A stretch of 64,000 bases of DNA from Acidobacteriota bacterium (GCA_019244185.1 JAFATB010000014.1:32001-96000); one strand, 5' to 3'. Shown: positions 1 through 12,861, counted from the first letter of the stretch. Numbers and translations are program-made. Notes: a model not told the origin generated them from the letters alone.

Positions 1-218
1 GCGACGTGGTCGAGTTCTACTCCGGCGACCGCTTCCGCCGCGTCGTCGTGCAGGCGATGCCGGCGGGCAACGTCTCGAAGGAAACCGCGCGGACGATGTA
101 CCTCGACCAGTCGCCGGAGCAGCCGAAGCTCGATCCGCTGACGAGCATCCTGCGCGAGCGCGGCGCGGGACGTCCGACGAAGCGCGACCGCCGCGAGCTG
201 GACAAGCTGCGCCGCTGA
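1..218 (+). CDS. hslR: Ribosome-associated heat shock protein Hsp15 / S4-domain RNA-binding protein, 5'-truncated by the window edge
   Basis: C-terminus GAGRPTKRDRRELDKLRR is typical of Hsp15. Confidence 0.8.
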   Translation, partial: DVVEFYSGDRFRRVVVQAMPAGNVSKETARTMYLDQSPEQPKLDPLTSILRERGAGRPTKRDRRELDKLRR

Positions 219-265
219 AGCGCAGCGCGAGCGAACTTTCTCGCGGCCGCGGCGTCAATCGTTCG

Positions 266-979
266 ATGCCCGGCGCGTTCCGCCTTCGCCGCCGCTCCTT
301 CGCGCCGCACGCGTCGACGCCGCGGCACGAGCACGACTGCGCGTATTTCTGTCTGATCGCGCGCGGCGACGGACGGCAGCATTCCGGCGGCATCGCGCGG
401 ACGCGCGCGTGCGGCGAGGTGTTCTTCTATCCCGCCGGCGAGTCGCAGTCGGAGACGTTCGGCGCGGACGGCGGCGCGGTGTTCGCGGTCGATTTCTCCG
501 CGCGCGTCGACGGCCTGCCCCCGCGCTCGCACGAGGTCGACGGCGCGGCGGCGCTCCTCGTGCGGCGGCTCGCGTTGCTACAGGCGGACGACGTGCTCGA
601 CGTCGACGAGCTCGCGACGCTCGCCGCGAGCGCGCTCGCACGGATGCGGCGCGACGCGATGCCGTGGCTCGAAGCCGCGCGCGAGTACATCCACGCGCAT
701 TTCGCGTCGCCGCTGACGCTCGACGAGATCGCGGCGACGGCGAACGTGCATCCGGTGCATCTCTGCCGCACGTTTCCGCGCCGTTTCGGCACGACCATCG
801 GCAGCTACGTGCGCGCGCTGCGCCTCGACGTTGCCGCGCGGCAGCTCGCGACGACGGCGCGGCCCATCGCGGAGATCGCCCTCGACGCCGGCTTCTCGTC
901 GCAGGCGCATCTCACGCGGCATTTCACGGCGCAGATGCGCGTGTCGCCCGCGCTGTATCGCGCGTGGGTTGGGCGGTGA
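266..979 (+). CDS. AraC family transcriptional regulator
   Basis: N-terminal cupin-like HEHD motif; C-terminal double HTH (LTLDEIAATANVHPVHLCRTF...IAEIALDAGFSSQAHLTRHF). Confidence 0.9.
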   Translation: MPGAFRLRRRSFAPHASTPRHEHDCAYFCLIARGDGRQHSGGIARTRACGEVFFYPAGESQSETFGADGGAVFAVDFSARVDGLPPRSHEVDGAAALLVRRLALLQADDVLDVDELATLAASALARMRRDAMPWLEAAREYIHAHFASPLTLDEIAATANVHPVHLCRTFPRRFGTTIGSYVRALRLDVAARQLATTARPIAEIALDAGFSSQAHLTRHFTAQMRVSPALYRAWVGR

Positions 980-1127
980 GGTGGGAGGAGGTAGGCGCAG
1001 TTGTGGGGAGTGAGATGAGAGTTGGTTCGCGCCCCCGCACTGGATCGCGCGTGTGCGGATCATCGCCGGACCTGTGCTGATGATGCAGGCAGGAGGGTTT
1101 CGCGCTCGCGGCGATTCGTTGCCGCGA

Positions 1128-1422
1128 CGCACGATGGATATCGACCGACGTCAATCGTAGCCGCGCGATCGCATGAATGCGTGCGGCGAACGCACGATTG
1201 ATATGAGGCGATATCCATCGTGGACTCGGTGGTCGCGTGAATCCGTGCGGCGAGCACGAGATTGACGTGCGTTGATATCAATCGTGGCCGCGCCGATCGC
1301 ATGAACGCGTGCGGCGAACGCACAATTGATATGGGGCGATATCCATCGTGGACTCGGCGGTCGCATGAATGCGTGCAGCGAGCGCACGATTGATATGCGG
1401 GTATATCCATCGTGGTCTCGCG
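1128..1422. repeat. Degenerate tandem array of ~63-64 bp units (~4.6 copies), each with an internal inverted repeat
   Basis: Units start at about 1128, 1191, 1255, 1319 and 1383; consensus CGCACGATTGATAT-N6-ATATCCATCGTGG...TCGCATGAATGCGTGCGGCGAA. Confidence 0.85.
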
Positions 1423-1654
1423 TCGCTGATCCACGTGCACCGCCGCTGCACGCTGTTGCGCGTGCGCTTGTTCACCTCGCGCACTTCGATGCGGTGTACG
1501 CCTGCGAATGCGGAGTTGCAGACCTCGTCGTGCCGCGAGCGGAATCGAGTGGGCGTCGCGGCGTTGTCGGCGAGTGAGAGTTGGCGTGCGCGCTCGCCAC
1601 GATCGCGCGTGGTTAATCCCGTGAAAGACGCGGCGCCTCCTCGCGCGCCATCGT

Positions 1655-3145
1655 GTGCTCATGAGAAACGCGCTGCTGTTCGTCTGTTGCCTCGCCGCCT
1701 GCACCATGTCCGCCGCGATTCGCTGGGAGCCGTTCGCCCTGCCGCCGGAAGCGCGCGACCTCCACGCCGACCTCGGGCATCTCACCGTTCCTCTCAATCG
1801 CGCGCATCCGGACGCCGGCAGCGCGGAGCTCGCGTTCGTCCGCTTGCGCGCGGGCGACGGCAGCGCGAATCCGCCGATCGTCTATCTCGCCGGCGGCCCG
1901 GGCAACTCCGGCGTCGACGCGGCGCGCAATCCGTACGCGCTGCCGTCGCTCGCGCGGCTCGCACGCGTGGGCGATGTGATCCTGCTCGACCAGCGCGGCA
2001 TCGGCCTGTCGACGCCACACGTCGCGTGCAAGGCGACGCCGCTTCCGCCGCGCGAGCGTTTCATCGCGCTTCCCGCGGCCGTCGCGCGTTACGCCGAGCG
2101 CACGCGCGCGTGCGTCGCGGAGCTCGCGTCGAACGGCATCGACGTCTCCGCGTTCAACGTGCGCGAGAGCGCCGCCGACGTCGACGAGCTGCGTCAGGCG
2201 CTCGGCGTTCCGAAGGTTTCGCTCCTCGCGCACAGCTACGGCACGTACCTCGCGCTCTCGGTGATTCGCGACTACGGCGCGAACATCCATCGCGCGGTGC
2301 TCCTCGGCACAGCCGGCCCGAACGACATGCGCAAGCTGCCGCTGATGCTCGACACGCAGCTCGGCAAGCTCGCCTTGCTCGCCGCCGGGGATCCCGCGGT
2401 CGGCCGCGACGTTCCCGACCTGGCCGCGCTGCTGCGCCGCGTGCTCGACAAGCTCGAGAAGAAGCCGATCGACGTGACCGTCACCGATCGCGCGACGAAA
2501 GAGCTCGTGACGTTTCCCGTCGGCCCTGACACGCTGCGCTCGTTTCTCGTCGCCGACATCGGCGATGGCAACGACTTCCCGTTCTTTCCCGCGCTGCTGC
2601 TGACGATCGAACGCGGCGATCCGTCGATCCTCGAGTGGTTCGCGGAGAAGCGCTACAACCAGCGCGCCGCCGGCGTCGATCTCATGGTCCTCGGCATGCG
2701 CTGCTCCGCCGGCGCCACCGCCGCGCGCGATCGCGAGATCGAGCGCGAGGCGTCGCTGTCGCTGTTCCGCAACGCCGTGAACTTCCCCTTCCCCGACGCT
2801 TGCAATGCGCTCCCATCGATCGACCTCGGCGATGCGTTCCGTGCGCCGATCGTTTCGAACGCATCCGTGCTCTTCATGAGCGGCACGCTCGACAGCAACA
2901 CGCCGCCGTATCAGGCCGAAGCCGTGCGCTGGGGCATGCCGAACGCGACGCATCTCATCGTCGACAACGCGGGACACGAGGACCTCGAGCCGAACGAAGA
3001 CGTGCAGGCAATCATCGCGGACTACCTCGCCGGCAAGGACGTCGCGCAGCGGCGCGTGTCATTGCCGAAGCCGCACTTCCTCAGCGTCGACGACGCGAAG
3101 AAGCAGCGTCGCGCGTCGCGCTTCGGCAACGCCACGTCGCATTGA
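1655..3145 (+). CDS. Secreted alpha/beta hydrolase (TAP-like / tripeptidyl-aminopeptidase family)
   Basis: Signal peptide; YLAGGPG, DQRGIG, AHSYG nucleophile, D-SNTP and AGH catalytic motifs. Confidence 0.85.
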   Translation: MLMRNALLFVCCLAACTMSAAIRWEPFALPPEARDLHADLGHLTVPLNRAHPDAGSAELAFVRLRAGDGSANPPIVYLAGGPGNSGVDAARNPYALPSLARLARVGDVILLDQRGIGLSTPHVACKATPLPPRERFIALPAAVARYAERTRACVAELASNGIDVSAFNVRESAADVDELRQALGVPKVSLLAHSYGTYLALSVIRDYGANIHRAVLLGTAGPNDMRKLPLMLDTQLGKLALLAAGDPAVGRDVPDLAALLRRVLDKLEKKPIDVTVTDRATKELVTFPVGPDTLRSFLVADIGDGNDFPFFPALLLTIERGDPSILEWFAEKRYNQRAAGVDLMVLGMRCSAGATAARDREIEREASLSLFRNAVNFPFPDACNALPSIDLGDAFRAPIVSNASVLFMSGTLDSNTPPYQAEAVRWGMPNATHLIVDNAGHEDLEPNEDVQAIIADYLAGKDVAQRRVSLPKPHFLSVDDAKKQRRASRFGNATSH

Positions 3146-4249
3146 CTACGGCGCGTTGACGAAGCGGCGCATGTCGACGTTCAGGATCAGGCCGATGGCG
3201 ATGAAGAACATCATCGTCGACGAGCCGCCGTACGAGATGAGCGGCAACGGAATGCCGGTCGTCGGCAGGATGCCGATCTGCATCGACACGTTGATCATCA
3301 CGTGAAAGATGATGAACGAGATCAGCGAGATCACGAGGAAGGTTCCCCCGCGGTCTCTCGCATGTTTTGCGAATGAGAGCGCCTGGACGACTAAAAACAA
3401 ATACAACCCGAGCACGACCACGACTCCGATGAAGCCCCACTCTTCGCCGAGGACGGCGAAGATGAAGTCGGTGTGGCGGGCGGGGAGGAACTCGAGCTTC
3501 GCCTGCGTGCCGTGCTTGAACCCTTTGCCGTGGATGCCGCCGGAGCCGATGGCGATCTTCGCCTGCGTCACCTGATAGCCCGAGCCGAGCGGATCGCGCT
3601 CGGGGTTGAGGAAGATCATGATGCGCTCGCGCTGATACGGCTTGAGGAAGAAGAAGTAGCCGGCCGGAATCGAGATCAGCGCGATGAGGATCATGGCGAT
3701 CCAGACGCGCGCGCGCACGCCGCCGAAGAAGAGCGCGACGGCGAAAAGCGGGAAGAACGTTGCCGCGGTGCCGAAGTCGGGCTGGATGATGATGAGGCCG
3801 ACCGGCAAACCGATGATGCCCATGGCCACGAGGAACGAGCGCGCATCGAGATAGGCGCGGTCGTTCGAGTCGAAGTAGCGCGCCAGCATCAGCGCGGTGA
3901 AGATCTTCATGAACTCCGATGGCTGGAACTGGAAGCCGCCGATGTGAATCCACGACTTCACGTTCGCCGTGACCTTGCCCCACACGAGCAGGTAGACCAG
4001 TAACAGGTTTCCGATGCCGTAGAGGATCGGCGCGACGTCGAACAGCACGTGGTAGTCGACGACCATGAAGGTGATCATCAGCGCGAGGCCGATGGCCATC
4101 CAGAGGATCTGCTTCTTGAAGATGCCCAGCGCGGGATCGCCGTAGTAGGTCGCGCTGTAGACGAGCAGACAGCCGATGCACGCGATGACGATCGCGGTGC
4201 CGAGAAAGTTCAGGTCGACATTCGGTCGGACTCGTTCGCCGAGAATCAT
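3146..4249 (-). CDS. rodA: Rod shape-determining protein RodA (SEDS family)
   Basis: FQPSEFMK, QPDFGT, HTDFIFAVLGEEWGF, PLISYGGSS; start overlaps the mrdA stop (ATGA). Confidence 0.95.
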   Translation of the reverse strand: MILGERVRPNVDLNFLGTAIVIACIGCLLVYSATYYGDPALGIFKKQILWMAIGLALMITFMVVDYHVLFDVAPILYGIGNLLLVYLLVWGKVTANVKSWIHIGGFQFQPSEFMKIFTALMLARYFDSNDRAYLDARSFLVAMGIIGLPVGLIIIQPDFGTAATFFPLFAVALFFGGVRARVWIAMILIALISIPAGYFFFLKPYQRERIMIFLNPERDPLGSGYQVTQAKIAIGSGGIHGKGFKHGTQAKLEFLPARHTDFIFAVLGEEWGFIGVVVVLGLYLFLVVQALSFAKHARDRGGTFLVISLISFIIFHVMINVSMQIGILPTTGIPLPLISYGGSSTMMFFIAIGLILNVDMRRFVNAP

Positions 4250-6180
4250 CGTGTGGTGGGGAGCGGCAGCTCGCCTTCCTTGATCTGTTCGAGCGTCTGC
4301 GGATTGGAGAGATCGAGGCGCGCGCCGGTGACCTGGTCGCGGAAACGCGCTTCGTAGAGGAGCTTCGCAAGCGGCGCCGCGTCGGTGCCGCCGTGGCCGC
4401 CGTGCTCGATAAACACGACCACGACCATCTGCGGATTGTTCAGCGGCGCGAACGACGCGAACCACGCGTGGTCCTTGTAGCGGAACGGCAGCCCTTCGGT
4501 CTTGACCCAGCCGTGCTGGGCGATGACCTGCACGGTGCCGGTCTTGCCGGAGATATCGAGACCGTCGATGCGCGCGTTGCCGCCGGTGCCGCCTTCTTCG
4601 TTGACGACTTTCCAGAGTCCCTCGCGCACCGACTGCAGCGCGTTCGGCGCGAGCGTCACCTCGTGAATGACGCGGCTCGGCACGCGGAAGCGCTTGTACT
4701 CGCCGTTCGGCTGCACGCGGTCGACGTAACGCACGACGTGCGGCTGGAACACTTTGCCGCCGTTCGCGACGGCCGCGAGCATGTTTGCCACCTGCAGCGG
4801 CGTGACGATGAGCGGCCCCTGGCCGATGGCGACGGAGATCGTCTCGCTGGGATACCACTTGCGGTGCTGCTTGTTGGTCGCCCACGCGGTCGACGGCACG
4901 ATGCCGGGGCGTTCGCCGTCGAGATCGATGTGCGAGATCTCGCCGAAGCTCAGCTTGTGCGCGTATTCGGCGATCTTGTCGACGCCGAGCCGCGCGCCGA
5001 CGTTGTAGAAGTAGATGTCGCACGACACCTTGATCGCGCGGGCGAGATTGACGGTGCCGTGGCCTTCGCGCTTGTAGCAGCGGAAGCGGCGGCCGAAGAA
5101 GACCGCGCTGCCGCCGCAGCCGAACTCGGTGCCCGGTGAGACGACGCCTTCCGAGAGTCCGGCCATGCCCATGACGATCTTGAAGACCGAGCCGGGCGAG
5201 TAGAGACCCTGGATCGCGCGATTGAGCTCGATCTTGAACGGGTTGCTGGTGATCGTCTTCCAGACGTCGGGCGAGAAGCGTTTCGAGTAGACGTTCGGAT
5301 TGAATGCCGGCGAGGAGACCATCGCCAGCACTTCGCCGCTCTTCGGATCGAGCGCGACCGCGGCGCCGACCATCTCGTTTTCGGCGAAGTACTGCTCGGC
5401 GCGCCGCTGCAGCTCGAAGTCGAGCGTGAGATAGATGTTGTCGCCCGGCACCGGCTGCTTGCGCGCGGGGATGTACTCGCTGAGGCGGCGGCCGTCGGCG
5501 TCGTACTCCCAATACTCCGCGCCGCCGCGGCCGCGCAGGTACTGGTCGTACATCAGCTCGACGCCGCGTTTGCCGATGAGGTCACCCTGCGCGAGCTCGT
5601 TGTTCTGCTTGAGCTCTTTCTCGCCGACCTCGCCGATGAAGCCGAGGACGTGGGCGGCCATCGTCGCGTAGGGATAGTTGCGGCGCTGCACCGGCACGAC
5701 GTTGATCTCAGGGAACGCGATCGACTCGGCCTGCAGCGACGCGACCTGCGACATCGTGAGGTCTTCGGCGATCGGGAACGGCCGCGTGAACGGCACTTCC
5801 TTCGCCTCTTTGTCGTAGCGCGCGGTCAGCTCCGGCACGGGCGTGCCGAGGACCGTCGAGAGGAATGCGACCAGCTTCGCCTTGCGCGCGGGATCTGCTT
5901 TCGCGAGCGGCTTCATGACCACGCGGTCGATCTCGAGCGAATACGCCGGCTGGTTGTCCGCGAGGATCTTTCCGTGGCGGTCCATGATCAGCCCGCGTTT
6001 GGCCGGGATCTGGATCTGCCGCATCGCGTTGGCCTCGGAGAGCCCGCGATATTTCTCCGCCTGCACGCCCTGCACGAACCAGAACGAGCCGGCCAGGAAG
6101 ACGAACGCCGCGACGATGCCCCACATCACGGCGTTGATGCGGAACTGCAGGAACTTCTGATCGTCTCGATAGACGCGCAT
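4246..6180 (-). CDS. mrdA: Penicillin-binding protein 2
   Basis: RGLIMDRHG, PGSVFK (SxxK), SCD, GKTGT motifs; mre operon context. Confidence 0.95.
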   Translation of the reverse strand: MRVYRDDQKFLQFRINAVMWGIVAAFVFLAGSFWFVQGVQAEKYRGLSEANAMRQIQIPAKRGLIMDRHGKILADNQPAYSLEIDRVVMKPLAKADPARKAKLVAFLSTVLGTPVPELTARYDKEAKEVPFTRPFPIAEDLTMSQVASLQAESIAFPEINVVPVQRRNYPYATMAAHVLGFIGEVGEKELKQNNELAQGDLIGKRGVELMYDQYLRGRGGAEYWEYDADGRRLSEYIPARKQPVPGDNIYLTLDFELQRRAEQYFAENEMVGAAVALDPKSGEVLAMVSSPAFNPNVYSKRFSPDVWKTITSNPFKIELNRAIQGLYSPGSVFKIVMGMAGLSEGVVSPGTEFGCGGSAVFFGRRFRCYKREGHGTVNLARAIKVSCDIYFYNVGARLGVDKIAEYAHKLSFGEISHIDLDGERPGIVPSTAWATNKQHRKWYPSETISVAIGQGPLIVTPLQVANMLAAVANGGKVFQPHVVRYVDRVQPNGEYKRFRVPSRVIHEVTLAPNALQSVREGLWKVVNEEGGTGGNARIDGLDISGKTGTVQVIAQHGWVKTEGLPFRYKDHAWFASFAPLNNPQMVVVVFIEHGGHGGTDAAPLAKLLYEARFRDQVTGARLDLSNPQTLEQIKEGELPLPTTR

Positions 6181-6189
6181 GGGATCGGA

Positions 6190-6693
6190 TCACCAGGCCG
6201 CGCGACGCGTGGCGTCGATCGGCTCTTCTCGCAGGAACAAGGTGAGGAGCTGGTACACGAGCATGCCGAACAGCAGCGTGAAGATGGTCTTCACCAGCAG
6301 CCCCTGTTCGAACATCTCGATCTTCTGGCGGACGAGGATGTTCACGAGCAGGTAGATCACCAGCTCGTTGACGATGACGGCACCGCCGAGGCAGGCGCCG
6401 AAGGCCAGCGTGCCGCGAAGCACGAGGCGCGCGTTGATGTAGGCCACGATGTACGCGCAGACGGTGAGCGAGAACGCGTGCAGGCCGAACATCACGTTCG
6501 AGAACGCGTCCTGCACGAAGCCCGCGGCGATGCCGGCGAAGATCGCGCCGACGATGTTGCCGCCCATCGCGTAGTACGTCACGAGGATGATGTACGGATT
6601 GAAGAACGCCAGCGCGTTCGGATAGAAGCGGTCGAGCAGCGAGTGCAGCGTGAGCGCGATGAGCAGCCCGACCGCGAAGCGCAGCGCCCTCAC
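6190..6693 (-). CDS. mreD: Rod shape-determining protein MreD
   Basis: Hydrophobic 167-aa protein with GFVQD motif between mreC and mrdA. Confidence 0.85.
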   Translation of the reverse strand: MRALRFAVGLLIALTLHSLLDRFYPNALAFFNPYIILVTYYAMGGNIVGAIFAGIAAGFVQDAFSNVMFGLHAFSLTVCAYIVAYINARLVLRGTLAFGACLGGAVIVNELVIYLLVNILVRQKIEMFEQGLLVKTIFTLLFGMLVYQLLTLFLREEPIDATRRAAW

Positions 6694-7550
6694 GGCGTGT
6701 ACCTCATCACGTTCTCGGAGATTTTGTGCGTGTGGATCACGATCACTTCCTCGATCGTCCCGAAGTCGACGGACGGACGCACGGTGATGGTCTTGAAGAG
6801 CGACTGTCCCGGGTCCGCGCGCACGACCGTGCCGATCGGGATGCCTTTCGGATAGATGCCGTCGATGCCGGCGGTGAGTACGACGTCGCCCGCCTGCACG
6901 TCGGAGAGCGACGGGATGTCGAACATCTGCAGCGCGGAGGTGCCGCTGCCGCGCACGACGCCCTGGCGCCGCGTGCGCTCGATGAGCGAGCCGATCGAGC
7001 AGTTGTTGTCGGTGAGGAGCTGCACCTTGGCGAGGTCGCGCGTCGTGAGCACCACGCGTCCCACGAGGCCGTTCGCGTTGGCGATGACGTCGTTGACTTC
7101 CACGCCGTCCGCCGAGCCGCTGTCGATGATGATCGATTTGAAGCGGCCCGCGGTGTCGAGCATGATCGTCTGCGCCATCGACGTCTGCAGGTTGAACTGC
7201 TCGGAGTAGGCGAGGAGGCTGCGCAGCCGCCGCAGGTCGCCTTCCGACTGGCGCAGCTTGAGGTTCTCGGTCGTGAGCGACGCGACCTTGCGCCTCAGCT
7301 CGAGGTTCTCGTTCACCGCGCGGCGCATGTCGAGATAGCCGTGATACATGTCCTGCGCGACTCCGCCGACACGGCTCACGAGCTTCGGCACGGGCGAGAA
7401 GATGGTCATCACCGTGCGCTCGAACATCGTGCGCGTCTCGCCGACGTAACGCGTCTGCGAGCTCACGCTCATGAGGAAGAAGAGCACGGCCAGGACGATG
7501 ATGAACAGCAGCGTCGGCCGGCGTGGAATGACGTCAGTGGGTACGGCCAT
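6690..7550 (-). CDS. mreC: Rod shape-determining protein MreC
   Basis: TM helix, coiled coil, GLVGRV and TAGIDGIYPKGIPIG motifs. Confidence 0.93.
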   Translation of the reverse strand: MAVPTDVIPRRPTLLFIIVLAVLFFLMSVSSQTRYVGETRTMFERTVMTIFSPVPKLVSRVGGVAQDMYHGYLDMRRAVNENLELRRKVASLTTENLKLRQSEGDLRRLRSLLAYSEQFNLQTSMAQTIMLDTAGRFKSIIIDSGSADGVEVNDVIANANGLVGRVVLTTRDLAKVQLLTDNNCSIGSLIERTRRQGVVRGSGTSALQMFDIPSLSDVQAGDVVLTAGIDGIYPKGIPIGTVVRADPGQSLFKTITVRPSVDFGTIEEVIVIHTHKISENVMRYTP

Positions 7551-7623
7551 GATTCGTCGAGCCGGTTCAGCAGAATTCGGGCCAGAGAGACGCGAGGCAT
7601 GGACGAGCCATGCCCCACGCCCT

Positions 7624-10287
<2,664 letters not shown>

Positions 10288-10289
10288 TC

Positions 10290-12260
10290 ATGCTCAAGTC
10301 AATGCGGGACAGCTTTCACAAGCTGAAGTGGATTCTCCTCGCGGTCGTCGCGGCATTCGTCTTCGGGTTCGTGTTCATCGACATGGGCCTCGGCCGCGCC
10401 GTCGGCGCGAGCCAGACGGACCAGAACTTCGCCGCGCGCGTCAACGGCGACACGATCAGCACCAGCGAGTACTACCGCGCGCTGAAGAACTACGAGGACA
10501 TGTATCGCCAGATGTACGGCGAACGTTTCACGCCCGAGGCCGCCGAGCAGATGGGCATCCCCAAGCAGGTGCTCGACGCGCTCATCGACCAGCGCCTCCT
10601 CGAGCAGGAAGCCGCGCGCCTGCACCTCACCGCCACGCCGGAAGAGGTCCGCAAGAAGCTGCTGGCGATGCCGACGTTCTCGCCCGACGGGAAGTTCGTG
10701 GGCATGGAGCTGTACACGCGCTACGTCACCGGACCCCTCGGCTATCCGAGCGCCGCCGCGTTCGAAGAACAGCTCGGCCGCGAGATCGCGCTGCAGAAGA
10801 TGGAGAGCGCGCTGACGAGCTCCGTCGTCGTCTCGCCGCAAGCCGCCGACGCGGAGTACCGCCGCGCGAATGAAGCGGCGAAGGTGAAGTTCGTCGTGGT
10901 CGACGCGGCGCAGCAGGCCGCGAACGTGACCGTCACGCCGGCCGAAGTCGAGACGTACTACCGCAACAACCAGGCGAAGTACACGCACGGCGAGCAGCGC
11001 TCGTTCCGCTATCTCCTCGCCGACTACGCGAAGCTGCGCTCGCAGGTCCAGCCGACCGAAGCCGAGCTGCGCCGCCGCTACGAGTCGGTGCGCGACACGG
11101 AGTACAAGTCGCCCGAAGCCGCGCACGTCCTGCACATCCTCGTGAAGGTCGATCCGAAAGCGCCGCCCGCCGTCGACGCCGCCGCGCGCGCGAAAGCGCA
11201 GTCGCTCGTCGCGCAGCTCCGCGCCGGCGCCGACTTTGCGGCGCTCGCGAAGGCCAATTCCGAAGATCCGTCGTCCGCCTCGAACGGCGGCGACATGGGC
11301 TTCGTCGAGCGCGACACGACGGTCGAGCCGTTCGACCGCGCGATCTTCTCGCTGCCGCTGAACACGATCGGCGATCCGATCCGCTCCGCCGAATACGGCT
11401 ATCACATCGTGAAGGTCCTCGCGCGCCGCCCCGGCGGCTACCGCAGCTTCGAGGAAGTGCGCCCCGAGCTCACCGCCCGCGCCGCCGACGAGATGGCGAA
11501 GGAACAGGCGCGCGCGGAGATCAACCGCATCTACACGATCCTCAAGAACAATAAGCCGAAGGACGTGAACACGTTCATCGCGTATGCGAACGACAAGGTG
11601 ACGTCGAACGACAGCGGCTGGTTCGGCCGCGGCGACCAGATCCAGGGCATCGGCGCGAACCCCGTCATCTCGCAGTGGGCGTTCGCGGCGAAGGAAGGCG
11701 ACATGACCCAGCCGTTCGGCACGCCGCGCGGCATCGCCATCCCATATCTCACCGCCACGCGGCCGGCCGGCGTCTCGGCGCTCGCCGACATCCGCGCGAA
11801 GGTCGAGGAAGACGCGCGCATCGAGAAGGCGCGCGCGCTCGCGAAGTCGCAGCTCGCGTCGATGATGACCGGCGTGACGTCGATCGATCAGCTCGCGGCG
11901 AAACTGAACACGCCCGCCCGCGACGGCAACGTGAACCGCCAGGTCGGCGTCTCCGGCCTGCAGGGCGATACGTCCGCGGTGGTCGAGGCGGCGCTCACCG
12001 GCGCGCCCGGCACCGTGATCGGTCCGATCTCCACCGATCAGGGCGCGGTGGCGCTGCAGATCCTCGAGCAGAAGAAGGTGTCGCCGCAGGAAGTCGCGCA
12101 GAACCGCCCGAGCTACATCGAGAACCTGCGCTCGCAGCAGGCGCGCAATCTCCGCGGCTCGCTCGTGAAGCGCCTGCGCAATGCATCGAAGGTCGAAGTG
12201 AACGACGCGGTGCTCGCACCGGCCTCGTCGCAGTCGCAGCAGCAACAGCAGCAGGGTTGA
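10290..12260 (+). CDS. ppiD: PpiD-like peptidyl-prolyl isomerase (SurA N-terminal + parvulin domains)
   Basis: N-terminal TM, AARVNGDTI, HILVK, FAALAKANSED...GGDMG, YGYHIVKV. Confidence 0.85.
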   Translation: MLKSMRDSFHKLKWILLAVVAAFVFGFVFIDMGLGRAVGASQTDQNFAARVNGDTISTSEYYRALKNYEDMYRQMYGERFTPEAAEQMGIPKQVLDALIDQRLLEQEAARLHLTATPEEVRKKLLAMPTFSPDGKFVGMELYTRYVTGPLGYPSAAAFEEQLGREIALQKMESALTSSVVVSPQAADAEYRRANEAAKVKFVVVDAAQQAANVTVTPAEVETYYRNNQAKYTHGEQRSFRYLLADYAKLRSQVQPTEAELRRRYESVRDTEYKSPEAAHVLHILVKVDPKAPPAVDAAARAKAQSLVAQLRAGADFAALAKANSEDPSSASNGGDMGFVERDTTVEPFDRAIFSLPLNTIGDPIRSAEYGYHIVKVLARRPGGYRSFEEVRPELTARAADEMAKEQARAEINRIYTILKNNKPKDVNTFIAYANDKVTSNDSGWFGRGDQIQGIGANPVISQWAFAAKEGDMTQPFGTPRGIAIPYLTATRPAGVSALADIRAKVEEDARIEKARALAKSQLASMMTGVTSIDQLAAKLNTPARDGNVNRQVGVSGLQGDTSAVVEAALTGAPGTVIGPISTDQGAVALQILEQKKVSPQEVAQNRPSYIENLRSQQARNLRGSLVKRLRNASKVEVNDAVLAPASSQSQQQQQQG

Positions 12261-12263
12261 TGC

Positions 12264-12668
12264 GTGGGGGACACGCCGGCAAAGTGGGATGAGCCCGCAA
12301 TCCGCGTGCTGATGATGCCGCGCGACACGAACGCGCACGGCACGATCTTCGGCGGCGTGATCCTCTCGTACATCGACCAGGCCGGCGCCATCGAAGCGCG
12401 CCGCCAGGGGCTGAAGTTCATGGTCACCGTGTCGATGGACAAGGTGGTCTTCCACGAGCCCGTGTTCGTCGGCGATCTCGTGAGCTTCTGGACCGAAACC
12501 CTCCGCATCGGCACGACCTCGATCACGACCAAAGTCGTGGTCGAGGCCATCCGCTCCGGCGATCCGTCGAAACGCGTGACCGTGACCGAAGCCCAGGTCG
12601 TCTACGTGAACATCGGCGACGACCGCAAGCCGGCGCCGATCGAGCGCGTGCCGGCGAGCGCGTACTGA
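12264..12668 (+). CDS. Acyl-CoA thioesterase (hotdog fold, YciA-like)
   Basis: [21 protein letters not shown] motif. Confidence 0.9.
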   Translation: MGDTPAKWDEPAIRVLMMPRDTNAHGTIFGGVILSYIDQAGAIEARRQGLKFMVTVSMDKVVFHEPVFVGDLVSFWTETLRIGTTSITTKVVVEAIRSGDPSKRVTVTEAQVVYVNIGDDRKPAPIERVPASAY

Positions 12669-12671
12669 GTC

Positions 12672-12861
12672 GACGAGGGATACCGACCAAGAGCGCCTCC
12701 GGCGGGCCGGCGCGGCCGGCAGCGCTAAGGGCTTAGCCAGTACGCACGTGCGGCTGCAGTCAACGACGTTCACCGCGACCGCACGTGCGTCTAGGCTAGG
12801 CCCTTAGCGCTGCCGGCCGCGCCGGCCCGCCGGAGGCGCTCCCGGTCGGTATCTCCTCGTC
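12672..12861. repeat. Long palindromic REP/REPIN- or MITE-like element, copy 1
   Basis: Perfect 42-bp inverted repeat at 12691-12732 / 12800-12841, plus imperfect outer and inner stems; lies between convergent genes. Confidence 0.9.

Noticed and set aside
1128-1422. CRISPR array interpretation of the 64-bp periodic repeat
   Set aside because: The whole unit is similar between copies, with no unique spacers, and there are no cas genes in the window
1060-1797. ORFs spanning the tandem array (1060..1797, 1151..1387, 1278..1484, 1326..1577)
   Set aside because: The unit length is mostly not a multiple of three and the same peptide appears in shifting frames, consistent with non-coding repeat read-through
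3146-5512. 788-aa ORF as an extended RodA fusion
   Set aside because: The N-terminal part is an out-of-frame overlap with mrdA; RodA starts at 4249
12229-12254. Short poly-Gln tail of PpiD as a variable repeat
   Set aside because: A short low-complexity C-terminal tail with no evidence of phase variation
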